50,385 bases of DNA from an uncultured Treponema sp. (GTDB lineage Bacteria > Spirochaetota > Spirochaetia > Treponematales > Treponemataceae): NCBI GenBank assembly GCA_964560975.1, contig CAZLNE010000001.1:5545-55929 (forward strand). Reading direction: 5' to 3'. Under the pieces are notes generated by a model. It had not been told where the DNA came from and did no database searches. It saw nothing but the letters and a program-made list of their open reading frames with translations. How positions within the stretch are numbered: the first letter of the stretch is position 1; every line of letters begins with the position of its first letter. Made by a program: the position numbers and the translations under genes. Positions 25,432 to 33,993 of the stretch are shown piece by piece.

Positions 25432-27459
25432 TCATCCTTTTATATTTGATAATAACAGACTCACATCTTTCTCCCTGTAAGAAGGATTTTTACTTTGCAA
25501 GGTGAGTAAATATCCTTCAGCAGTATTTGGATCCTTTAAGGCTATTAATACCTTTGCGATTTCTATATAAGCATCCCAGTAATTGTTGTCTTTTTGCAGA
25601 ATTTCAAGATACATAGTTTTAGCATTTTGCAGCTGTTCGGAGCTTGCATAAGCCTTAGCTAAATTCATCTTTACTAGAAGGTTATTAGGATCTATTTTTA
25701 CTGCTGATACAAAGTTTTCAACAGCATTCTCGTAATCCTGCTTTGCAAGATACGCACCTGCAAGATTGTTAATTGCCTCAAAGCTATTTTTATCTAACGA
25801 CGCAGCTGTTTTTAACAAAGACAGGGCCGTATCTATATTACCTGATTCGAGAAATAGTTTTCCGAGATTGATATTTGCTTTAAGATGTTTTGGATCTATT
25901 TTCAGCGTTTTTGAATAATAGACCATGGCCGAATCTATGTCGCCTGATGTTTCGCACATCAATCCATAATTATACTGGAATGTTGTATTCGAAGTTTGCA
26001 TATCTGCAGCTTTTTTTGCAAATTGTAAGGCTTCGCTTGTTTTTTTCTGGTTAAAAAGTACTGTAGAAAGGTTGTATGAGGTTTGAGCATCATTTGGAGC
26101 AAATGACAGCGCTTTTCTAAAATAATTTTCTGCTTCTTTATCATTTTTCTGCAATGCATAAAGTGCTGCGATTTCCCTCAATGCATTTTCGTTTGTAGAA
26201 TCGAGTGACAGTACCTTTAAGTACGATGTTTGAGCACCTGTAATATCGTTTTTCTTTGATAATAAACGGGCAATCTCAAGATGTGCACGGTCATATGAAG
26301 AATTGATAGAAGCTGCCTTTCTAAACGCTGTCAATGCATCATCTGATCGGTCCAAGGCCTTGTGGGTCATACCTAAATTATAGAAAGCCTGCTCAAAAGA
26401 AGAGTTCAATTTTGTTGAACTTTCAAATGAAGAACGGGCTTCGCTGAATTTCTGCATTGAGTATTGAACCTTTCCCATTTCATAGAAATACATATAGTTA
26501 GAAGTATCATTTTGAACAGCTTTTGTAAGGGCTGCTAGAGCCTTATCGTACTGACGGCCATCACTATACTTTTTTCCAATAATATAGTGAGCTGCTGCAT
26601 CATTGGGATTATAGGTAAGAGCTTTTTCTGCATACGAAACAGCTTCATTCTGCAATAAGGTTTTATTTTTAGCGTCGGTTTGTGTAGCAGACGCATCATA
26701 GAGCGAAGTTGCAACTTCTGCCATTTTTCTTGCATTAAAAACAGCCTGATTGGGCGGAAGAAGGGATTGAATTGATGAAAAATGTTCAAGAGCCTGCGGA
26801 ATATCACCCATACCAAGCTTAGCCTTACCGAGAGAAACCTCATCATTAACTCTCTCTATTTGATCCTGCAAAGCCTTATTTTGTTTTGCGAGTTCATCTT
26901 CATAGGCTTTTTGCTTAGCAGATTCTGCTGCAGCAAGATCTTCACGGCGTTTTGATTCTTCATTATTTCTTAACTGTGCAGATGCAAGTTCTTCTTGCCT
27001 TTTTGCAGTAAGAGAGGCTTGTTCGGCCTGCTCGCTCAGTTTTTGAGCGGTTAAGGCCTGAGATTCCTGCTGCTGACGAAGTGCTTTTTCCAATTTAGAC
27101 AAGGTTTCTTCTAACCCCTGCGTATTAACATCAATTGTCTGCGAGTAGCGGGGAAAATCCTGTAAAGAGGCACCTGCCTTAAGCGCGATAATTTCATCGA
27201 TCATTGCAAGGGCTTCTTCATCTTGTGCATTTTTTATAAGTAGGCTGTCTAAGAGATTCATTGCTCTTTCATACTCGCCTCTTTCGATATACCGCTTAGC
27301 TAATAAAATAGTATTTTCACGTTCACTCAACTGAGCAGTAGGCGGGGTTTCCTTAGAACCAAGATAGCAGCGTACCGGGAAAAACACTGCACACGCTAGT
27401 AGGATTACTACTGCTAAAATAATGAGAATCTTTCTCCAATCAATCCAACTCAGATTCAT
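25432..27459 (-). CDS. Membrane-anchored coiled-coil plus multi-TPR protein
   Basis: Preferred start is ATG 27459 (MNLSWIDWRKILIILAVVILL, SD GGAGT 6 nt upstream). It has one TM helix, a Q/E/A-rich coiled coil, then about 12 TPR-like repeats. Confidence 0.72.
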   Translation of the reverse strand: MNLSWIDWRKILIILAVVILLACAVFFPVRCYLGSKETPPTAQLSERENTILLAKRYIERGEYERAMNLLDSLLIKNAQDEEALAMIDEIIALKAGASLQDFPRYSQTIDVNTQGLEETLSKLEKALRQQQESQALTAQKLSEQAEQASLTAKRQEELASAQLRNNEESKRREDLAAAESAKQKAYEDELAKQNKALQDQIERVNDEVSLGKAKLGMGDIPQALEHFSSIQSLLPPNQAVFNARKMAEVATSLYDASATQTDAKNKTLLQNEAVSYAEKALTYNPNDAAAHYIIGKKYSDGRQYDKALAALTKAVQNDTSNYMYFYEMGKVQYSMQKFSEARSSFESSTKLNSSFEQAFYNLGMTHKALDRSDDALTAFRKAASINSSYDRAHLEIARLLSKKNDITGAQTSYLKVLSLDSTNENALREIAALYALQKNDKEAENYFRKALSFAPNDAQTSYNLSTVLFNQKKTSEALQFAKKAADMQTSNTTFQYNYGLMCETSGDIDSAMVYYSKTLKIDPKHLKANINLGKLFLESGNIDTALSLLKTAASLDKNSFEAINNLAGAYLAKQDYENAVENFVSAVKIDPNNLLVKMNLAKAYASSEQLQNAKTMYLEILQKDNNYWDAYIEIAKVLIALKDPNTAEGYLLTLQSKNPSYREKDVSLLLSNIKG

Positions 27460-28228
27460 ATATATACTCCATAACACCTTCAGAACCAGCTGAAAGATTT
27501 GTAGATTCGTTATTTTGCAAGGATGCTGCAATTTCTTCCATAAGTAAGCGCCTTCTTTCTGCTTCTACCGCTGCCTGTTCAGCAGCTAACCTGTCCTGCT
27601 CTTCTTTTTGGAGAGCAAGTTCCTTAGCAATACGTTCCTCTTCTTCTTTTAAGCGCTGGGCTTCCTGAACAAGCCTTTGCCCTTCAAGTTTTTTAATCTC
27701 AATTTCTTCAGATAAGAGTGTCAAAAGCTTACGAATTTCATCGGCCTGCGGTGACAAGGGATTAAGCCTTAAATACGCAGTATAATCGTCTGAAGCATCT
27801 GTTAACTTTCCCTGTTTTATTCTTGTATTTGCTCTATTTAAAAATACTTGTGCGTTAAACGGATCTGCAATAGAAGAAAGGGTAAAATAGTTCTCTGCTT
27901 CCGGAAGCAGCCCCATTGCAAAAGCTGTATTACCCGCATTATAATAGAGAACCCGTTTATTTGTACCATCTTTTTGAGTTCCGCTTAAAAATATTTCTAA
28001 GGCTTTTTGCATTTGTCCAGTTTGATAATAACTAAGACCAAGATAATTGTATACTAAAGGATTAGGACTTGTAGTTTTAAGAGTCTGTTCAAAAAACACA
28101 ATCGCTTCAGAGGGTTTATTTCTAGTGAATAGGACTTCTCCCTCTGTAAATGAGTCGGCAAAAAGTATGGGTTGTACAATAATGAAGAAAAGTACTATCA
28201 TTAAAAAGTTATTTTTTTTCTGTATCAT
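27440..28228 (-). CDS. Secreted or periplasmic TPR protein with a C-terminal coiled coil
   Basis: Preferred start is ATG 28228 (MIQKKNNFLMIVLFFIIVQPILFA, a signal-peptide-like sequence, with AAGGAA upstream). It has TPR repeats and then an E/R/Q-rich coiled coil. It overlaps the next gene by 20 nt. Confidence 0.7.
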   Translation of the reverse strand: MIQKKNNFLMIVLFFIIVQPILFADSFTEGEVLFTRNKPSEAIVFFEQTLKTTSPNPLVYNYLGLSYYQTGQMQKALEIFLSGTQKDGTNKRVLYYNAGNTAFAMGLLPEAENYFTLSSIADPFNAQVFLNRANTRIKQGKLTDASDDYTAYLRLNPLSPQADEIRKLLTLLSEEIEIKKLEGQRLVQEAQRLKEEEERIAKELALQKEEQDRLAAEQAAVEAERRRLLMEEIAASLQNNESTNLSAGSEGVMEYIYESELD

Positions 28229-28270
28229 AATGTTTCCTTGGCTATGGGAGAGTTTGCAACAAACATTGAT

Positions 28271-28310
28271 TTGACATATTCGTTGAAACATATTACTCTT
28301 TCATTATACT
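28271..28310 (+). promoter_or_regulatory. Putative promoter(s) for the 28324-31273 operon
   Basis: There are two overlapping candidates. One is TTGACA (28271-28276), a 17-nt spacer, then TACTCT (28294-28299). The other is TTGAAA (28283-28288), a 16-nt spacer, then TATACT (28305-28310). SD GGAGG precedes ATG 28324. Confidence 0.45.
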
Positions 28311-28323
28311 TATCGGAGGACTA

Positions 28324-29691
28324 ATGGCGACAATTCAGATAATTATCTTAGCAATAATGACCGCTTTTATAGGATTGTTATGCTATGTGATATTTAAATC
28401 AATCCTCTCTCCTAAAAAAATTGAAGGCATACAAAAGCTCATAAAGCAGGGTAAATACAGCAGTGCTGTAAAACTTGCTAAAAATATGATAACGAAAAAT
28501 CCCCGGGACTTCAAGGCTCATTATTTTTTAGGTAAAGCATACCTTGCAGAAAATAAGAACGAACTTGCTCTCATGGAATATAAAATTGTTAACCAGACAG
28601 CCATATTTGATGAGACTTTCAGTGAACGGGAATTTAGAAGACAAATTGCACAGCTTTACTATAAATTTAATCAGCCGGATGAAGCACTCAAAGAATATAT
28701 TCTTCTCACTAAGCTTGAACCGACTATTTCTGAACACTTTTATAATGCTGGAAAACTTTTTGAAAACAAGCAAAAATCTGATCAAGCACTTACCTTTTAT
28801 CAGCAGGCAATAAAACTTGATAAAAGAAACGTAAAAGCGCATGCGTCTCTTGGATTGCTTCTTTTTAGAGCAAAGCAATTTGCAGAAGCAAAAAAAGAAA
28901 TTGACCTTGCCATTTCTTTAAGTCCTGAAACATATTCTTCCTACTATTATTTGGGAAAAATACTAAAAGAAGGAAAGGATTATTCTGGAGCAATAAATGC
29001 CTTTGAAAAGGCCTTGCGTGATCCTGAGTTTAAGCAAAGATCCTTGATCGAACGGGGTTCCTGCTACATGGCAGTTAATGCGCTTGAAAAAGCAATAATT
29101 GAATTTGACAGGGCTGTCTCTTCTGCGTCTGATGATACAGCACAAGAAACCCTTTATGCACGGTATTTTCTTGCAGCGTGTTATGAAAAAGACCGCAAAA
29201 TTGAATTAGCATTACAGCAATGGGAAAAAATTTATCATCAAAATCACACATTTCGGGACGTACCGGCAAAACTTGCTCAATATAGAGACCTTCAAGCAAA
29301 TGATAACATGAAGGAGTATTTAACCAGCAACACAGATTTTTTTGTTGAAATATGTAAAAAAATAGCCCTTTCAGCCTACAAAATGGAAGCAAGGGATATT
29401 CAAATACAAAAATACGGATGTAAATTTATTGCAACCGAAGCTAAGGCAGAAAACTGGCAGAACGTCAGGCAGCAGATATATGTTATGATTTTTTACCGTG
29501 AACCGGACCTCATAGAAGACACCCTGTTGCGTAAGCAGCTTGAAGAAATGAAAAAGCAGAATTATTTTAAATGTATACTATATACTAGTTCAGGTTTCAC
29601 TAGAGCTTCCATAGAATTTGCAGAAAACCGCCCCTTTGAATTAGTCGGAAAAGAAAAATTAGAACAACTGCTTTCAAAGATAAGTTTTTAA
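28324..29691 (+). CDS. Membrane-anchored TPR protein with a C-terminal Mrr-like (restriction-endonuclease-fold) domain that appears catalytically degenerate
   Basis: N-terminal TM helix (IQIIILAIMTAFIGLLCYVIF) and about 6 TPR repeats. The C-terminal ~120 aa (FFVEICKKIALSAYKMEARD...KCILYTSSGFTRASIEFAENRPFELVGKEKLEQLL) are collinear with Mrr_cat-type domains as I remember them. Confidence 0.62.
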   Translation: MATIQIIILAIMTAFIGLLCYVIFKSILSPKKIEGIQKLIKQGKYSSAVKLAKNMITKNPRDFKAHYFLGKAYLAENKNELALMEYKIVNQTAIFDETFSEREFRRQIAQLYYKFNQPDEALKEYILLTKLEPTISEHFYNAGKLFENKQKSDQALTFYQQAIKLDKRNVKAHASLGLLLFRAKQFAEAKKEIDLAISLSPETYSSYYYLGKILKEGKDYSGAINAFEKALRDPEFKQRSLIERGSCYMAVNALEKAIIEFDRAVSSASDDTAQETLYARYFLAACYEKDRKIELALQQWEKIYHQNHTFRDVPAKLAQYRDLQANDNMKEYLTSNTDFFVEICKKIALSAYKMEARDIQIQKYGCKFIATEAKAENWQNVRQQIYVMIFYREPDLIEDTLLRKQLEEMKKQNYFKCILYTSSGFTRASIEFAENRPFELVGKEKLEQLLSKISF

Positions 29692-29701
29692 CAGGTACCA
29701 T

Positions 29702-30358
29702 ATGAAAATCTTATGTATTTCTGATCAAATAGATCCGCTTGTATATAGTAACTCTATAAAAGAACGATTTGCAGATATTGATATTATTTTAAGTGCTGGT
29801 GATCTGCCTATGGAATACATAGATTTCGTAGTCTCATCTTTGAATAAGCCAGCGTATTTTATTTTTGGTAATCATAATCTTAATGAATTTATTCGTTTTC
29901 ACGGAAGTTCACAACAAAGAAGTGATCGAACGGATATAGGAATCGCAACCCATTGTCATGGTGCTGCCTACGCAGGTTTCAAAGTACTTAAAGAAAAAAA
30001 TATTCTCATTGCAGGCACATCCGGTTCTTTACGGTACAACAATGGTCAAAATCAATATACAGATGCACAGATGTTTATGAAGCTTTTAAAAATAGTTCCC
30101 CGCCTTCTGTTAAATAAACTTCAATATGGCCGCTACGTAGATATTTTTTTAACCCATGCACCTCCCCTGGGAATTAACGATAAAGATGATCCGTGTCATA
30201 AGGGATTTAAATGTTATCTTTGGTTTCTTAAAAAATTTAAACCGCAATACCATATACACGGACACATACACCTATATGACCTACAGGATGCCAGAATTAC
30301 AAAATATGAACAAACTACAATTATTAATGCATACAGTCATTATATTCTTGTAATGTAA
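29702..30358 (+). CDS. Calcineurin-like metallophosphoesterase
   Basis: ILCISDQ, SAGDLP, FGNHN, LTHAPP and HGHIH match the metallophosphoesterase motif series. The first motif lacks the usual His. Confidence 0.75.
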   Translation: MKILCISDQIDPLVYSNSIKERFADIDIILSAGDLPMEYIDFVVSSLNKPAYFIFGNHNLNEFIRFHGSSQQRSDRTDIGIATHCHGAAYAGFKVLKEKNILIAGTSGSLRYNNGQNQYTDAQMFMKLLKIVPRLLLNKLQYGRYVDIFLTHAPPLGINDKDDPCHKGFKCYLWFLKKFKPQYHIHGHIHLYDLQDARITKYEQTTIINAYSHYILVM

Positions 30359-30367
30359 GGAAAAGAT

Positions 30368-31273
30368 ATGAATCAATATGTGAGTCAAGCGAGTCATGAA
30401 GATTTTTTTAGAGCACGCAACAAGGCGCTCATTAATGATTTACAACATTTATTAAATCCGGAAGAAGCAAAACTTCTATCATTTAACGATATTAAACAAA
30501 TGCTCAAGCCGAGAAATGAAGTATATCTAGGCATGAAGGTCGTACCCATCGAACTCATTGTTGGAAGCGAAGGGCGTTATCAGGATTTTGATAATAGATT
30601 CTTTCCCAGAAGTGCTCATTTAAAAACCCGCTGGGCCCGCATAGACCAGGCACATCTTTCAGATATCATACTTCCTCCTATAACATTGTATGAAATTGGG
30701 GGATTATACTTTGTAAGAGACGGGAATCACCGTGTTTCAGTAGCCCGCAGCAAGGGTATTGAAAATATTGATGCTGAAGTTATCAGTCTTCAAAGTGAAA
30801 TAAAGCTGAAGCCGAGTACAAGTAAAAAGGGTATTTTAAAGCAGGTTATTCAATATGAAAAAAGAGTCTTCTACTCCCAAACCAATTTTGGAGATATTAC
30901 AGACTGCTGGAATATCGACTTTTCTACCCCTGGTCAGTATGATGTACTGTATCAGCATATTTTAATACATAAATACTACATTAATCAAAATCAAACCGAA
31001 GAAATAAGTATGCAGGAAGCTATAATTTCATGGTATGAAAAGGTTTATCTACCAGTCGTTCAGGCAATAAAAAAGCAAAAACTATTGAGAAAATTCAAAA
31101 ACCGTACATTGAGCGATATGTATGTTTGGCTTATACGCTACTGGGATGAGGTTAAGCAGAAATTCGGTCAGGACATTGGAATTGATAGTGCTGCATCAGA
31201 GTTTAGTAAAAAGTTTTCACAAAACTTTTTTAAGAATTGTATCTCCAAGATAAAAAGTATTGTAAAACCTTGA
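30368..31273 (+). CDS. ParB/sulfiredoxin-fold (ParB-like nuclease domain) protein of unknown function
   Basis: GGLYFVRDGNHRVSVARSKGIENIDAEV carries the DG(N/H/Q)HR signature of the ParB/Srx superfamily (30719-30733). The rest is uncharacterised. Confidence 0.6.
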   Translation: MNQYVSQASHEDFFRARNKALINDLQHLLNPEEAKLLSFNDIKQMLKPRNEVYLGMKVVPIELIVGSEGRYQDFDNRFFPRSAHLKTRWARIDQAHLSDIILPPITLYEIGGLYFVRDGNHRVSVARSKGIENIDAEVISLQSEIKLKPSTSKKGILKQVIQYEKRVFYSQTNFGDITDCWNIDFSTPGQYDVLYQHILIHKYYINQNQTEEISMQEAIISWYEKVYLPVVQAIKKQKLLRKFKNRTLSDMYVWLIRYWDEVKQKFGQDIGIDSAASEFSKKFSQNFFKNCISKIKSIVKP

Positions 31274-31327
31274 CGCCTTGGTTTTTCAATGATAATATAA
31301 TAGGAGCATGATGAAAGAGGTACGATT

Positions 31328-32992
31328 TTGTTCAATATAAGTGATGACTTTGCCTTTATTCCGCTAATAACTTCAGCTTTAGCGGTTCTAATTCTGCTTA
31401 TTTTTCTTATTCGTGCAGCGAAAAGAAATGCAGGGAAAAATACATTTACTCAATTTATTGCATTAGTTATACTTTTGGCAGGTATTGTTTTAACGATTTT
31501 CTATCCTGGAATTATTATACTCTCAGCAGCCATTACATTATCAACACTTATGGTAATTCCACACCTTGTCAGTCTTGAAAAACAAGCTGCTCTTGAGGCT
31601 GAAGAAGAACTTGATACTACTCCCACAGAGCCTGAAAAAGATATTGAAACATTATTGGCAGAGGAATTAGTTAAACGCGAAGAAGAAGATAATGTACTTC
31701 TAGAAGTAAGCCGTGATTTTCTTATTCATGGTGCTGAATCCTTTTCTGAAGAATCCGGCTTACCAAGACTGTTGGACTTTATAAACACAAGCATAGTTCG
31801 CGAGATAAAAGCAGACGGCGGAGCAATCCTTCTTGTTGATGACTTTGATGATGTAATTACTGTGAAATCGTTTTCGGGATCCTTTCCTCCTCCGTATCAG
31901 CTCCCTTCAGATATTCCGCACAAAATTGTACGCGTTGAAACCAATTTTAGATTTGCCTCGTTTCCTCTTAACGAAAACATATTTGGTGAAGTTGCACGAA
32001 CGGGTCGTCCTGAATTTATTACAGATCCTTTATCTGACTCAAGACTCGTTCAAAACGAACCTGAAGATTTCTTAAAACTGGGATCTTACATTTTTATTCC
32101 CCTAAAAATTAAAGGTTCCGTTATTGGTGTTGCAGCATTTGCACGTAAATTTGATAGTATTGCATTTACAGATAAGGAATACAAATCTGCACTGGTTTTA
32201 TCTAACTTTGCAGGTGCAGCTATTAAGAGCGTATTTTCCTTTCAGGAAGTGGTAGAACACTCAGAACTTACTAGAGAAGCAGAAATTGCCTGTAAAATAC
32301 AAACAAAGATGCATCCAAAACTTCTACCTTCTATTCCGTCACTATCTTTGGGACATTACTTTAACACGACAGAAGGTGTCTGCGGTGATTTTTTTGATAT
32401 TATTCCTTCACGAAAGGATAGAATATCTATCGTACTTGCTGACGTTGCCGGTAAGGGAATGAATTCTCTTCTCATAATGGTAATGCTTAGAGCAATACTA
32501 AGACTTGTTGTAAATACAACACAAACAGCTTCAACTATTCTCTCTTGGGCAAACAGAGGAATATCTGTTGAAAGCTCTATTGATCACTTTGCAAGTTTAG
32601 CTCTTATTAATTATGACTCCTTAAAAGGGAAAATTCAGTATTCAACTGCAGGAACAACACCTGTGTATCTTTATAGAGCGTCAACAAAGAAAGTTGAACG
32701 ATTATCCGTGCCTTCAGAACCGATTGGAGTAGAGAAAACATCTGTTTATGTCGATAATGAAACGGACGTTAAATCTGGTGATATAGTAATTACTTTTACA
32801 GATGGAATTATAGAATCCATAAATGCAGGAGGAAATCAATATACCACTCAAAGATTGACTTCAATAATTGAACAAAACAGCAATTTGTCTGGTAAAGAAA
32901 TTGCTGGGATTGTTAAGGAAGACATCAAGAAATTTATTGGATCAGCTCGTCAACATGACGATCAAACACTTCTTGTAATTAAAATCATATAG
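31328..32992 (+). CDS. Membrane-anchored GAF-domain PP2C (SpoIIE/RsbU-type) serine phosphatase
   Basis: Two N-terminal TM segments, an acidic linker, a GAF-like region (ADGGAILLVDD...VIGVAAFARK), then PP2C motifs GDFFDI, DVAGKGMNS, TDGIIES and DDQTLLVIK. TTG start with AAAGAGG 7 nt upstream. Confidence 0.85.
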   Translation: MFNISDDFAFIPLITSALAVLILLIFLIRAAKRNAGKNTFTQFIALVILLAGIVLTIFYPGIIILSAAITLSTLMVIPHLVSLEKQAALEAEEELDTTPTEPEKDIETLLAEELVKREEEDNVLLEVSRDFLIHGAESFSEESGLPRLLDFINTSIVREIKADGGAILLVDDFDDVITVKSFSGSFPPPYQLPSDIPHKIVRVETNFRFASFPLNENIFGEVARTGRPEFITDPLSDSRLVQNEPEDFLKLGSYIFIPLKIKGSVIGVAAFARKFDSIAFTDKEYKSALVLSNFAGAAIKSVFSFQEVVEHSELTREAEIACKIQTKMHPKLLPSIPSLSLGHYFNTTEGVCGDFFDIIPSRKDRISIVLADVAGKGMNSLLIMVMLRAILRLVVNTTQTASTILSWANRGISVESSIDHFASLALINYDSLKGKIQYSTAGTTPVYLYRASTKKVERLSVPSEPIGVEKTSVYVDNETDVKSGDIVITFTDGIIESINAGGNQYTTQRLTSIIEQNSNLSGKEIAGIVKEDIKKFIGSARQHDDQTLLVIKII

Positions 32993-33007
32993 CAAAGGGA
33001 GCTAGCA

Positions 33008-33346
33008 ATGGAACTTAAGATAAGGAAAAATGGAGAAATTTACATCATCGATGTAAACGGTGAAATGGATTTGTATAATTCCTATAAGCTAAAAGAACTT
33101 GTAATGAAAATGCTTGAAAAAAGCGTTAAAAGTTTCATAATTAATTTGGAACAAGTTGATTACATTGACTCTTCTGGAATTGGTGCATTAATATATATTT
33201 GTTCCACAATTAAAAAGATGAACCTGAAATTATCAATTGCTAATATTCATGGTTCTGTTAAGAAGGTTATTGAATTAACAAAGCTCATGGGATACTTTCC
33301 TATAGCAAACAGTGTTGAAGAAGCCCTCTTAATGATATCGGAATAA
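33008..33346 (+). CDS. STAS-domain anti-sigma-factor antagonist (SpoIIAA/RsbV-like)
   Basis: 112 aa. DYIDSSGIGAL contains the conserved phosphorylatable Ser. Confidence 0.88.
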   Translation: MELKIRKNGEIYIIDVNGEMDLYNSYKLKELVMKMLEKSVKSFIINLEQVDYIDSSGIGALIYICSTIKKMNLKLSIANIHGSVKKVIELTKLMGYFPIANSVEEALLMISE

Positions 33347-33369
33347 CATTATAATATAAGGATTTAACT

Positions 33370-33921
33370 ATGAACCAGATTAAAGAATTAAGATCAGATG
33401 AAAATGATGCATTGTTTGACAAGACTAATATGCTTTATAAGGAATTTCCCTCGGATTTTCGTCAAATCCGCTATTTTACACTTTTGATTGTGCAATCAGC
33501 ACCTCTAGAAATAAAGGAAATAAACCTTCTTGAACAGCAAATTTCTGAGGTCATTAAGAACGCAGTAAAGCACGGTAATAACTGTGATATCAATAAAAAA
33601 GTTCGTGTATGGTATTCATTTAGTCCAACTCATGCACATCTTATTGTAGAAGACGAAGGTGATGGCTTTAAAGATCTTGAAAAGTGGAATGATTTTAATC
33701 GAAAAAGATTGGAATGTCTTCATAATCAAAATTTTGAGCAATTAGCTGATTTTGTTTCATTCCGTACAATTAAAAGCGATGACCAGGATGGCGGTAACGC
33801 TCTTTTTGCCGCTTTGGAATACTGGAATGGCGGTTTTGTTTATAACGCCAAGAGAAATGGTGTTGCAATGCTTAAGAAATTCCAGCAGAAACGCCATGGT
33901 GTTTCTGTAGATGGAGAATAA
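33370..33921 (+). CDS. GHKL/HATPase_c serine-kinase-like protein (SpoIIAB/RsbW-like partner-switching kinase)
   Basis: N-box EVIKNAVKHGN and G1 box VEDEGDGF. It sits immediately after the STAS gene. Confidence 0.7.
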   Translation: MNQIKELRSDENDALFDKTNMLYKEFPSDFRQIRYFTLLIVQSAPLEIKEINLLEQQISEVIKNAVKHGNNCDINKKVRVWYSFSPTHAHLIVEDEGDGFKDLEKWNDFNRKRLECLHNQNFEQLADFVSFRTIKSDDQDGGNALFAALEYWNGGFVYNAKRNGVAMLKKFQQKRHGVSVDGE

Positions 33922-33944
33922 TTCTAACAATTCAATAAAAGTAT

Positions 33945-33977
33945 AAAAAAAGACGGGTTAAAGCCCGTCTTTTTTTA
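33945..33977. terminator. Bidirectional rho-independent terminator between convergent operons
   Basis: A6 run, stem AGACGGG (33951-33957), loop TTAAAG, stem CCCGTCT (33964-33970), then a T7 run. Confidence 0.75.
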
Positions 33978-33993
33978 TTTGTGATTAAGAAGC

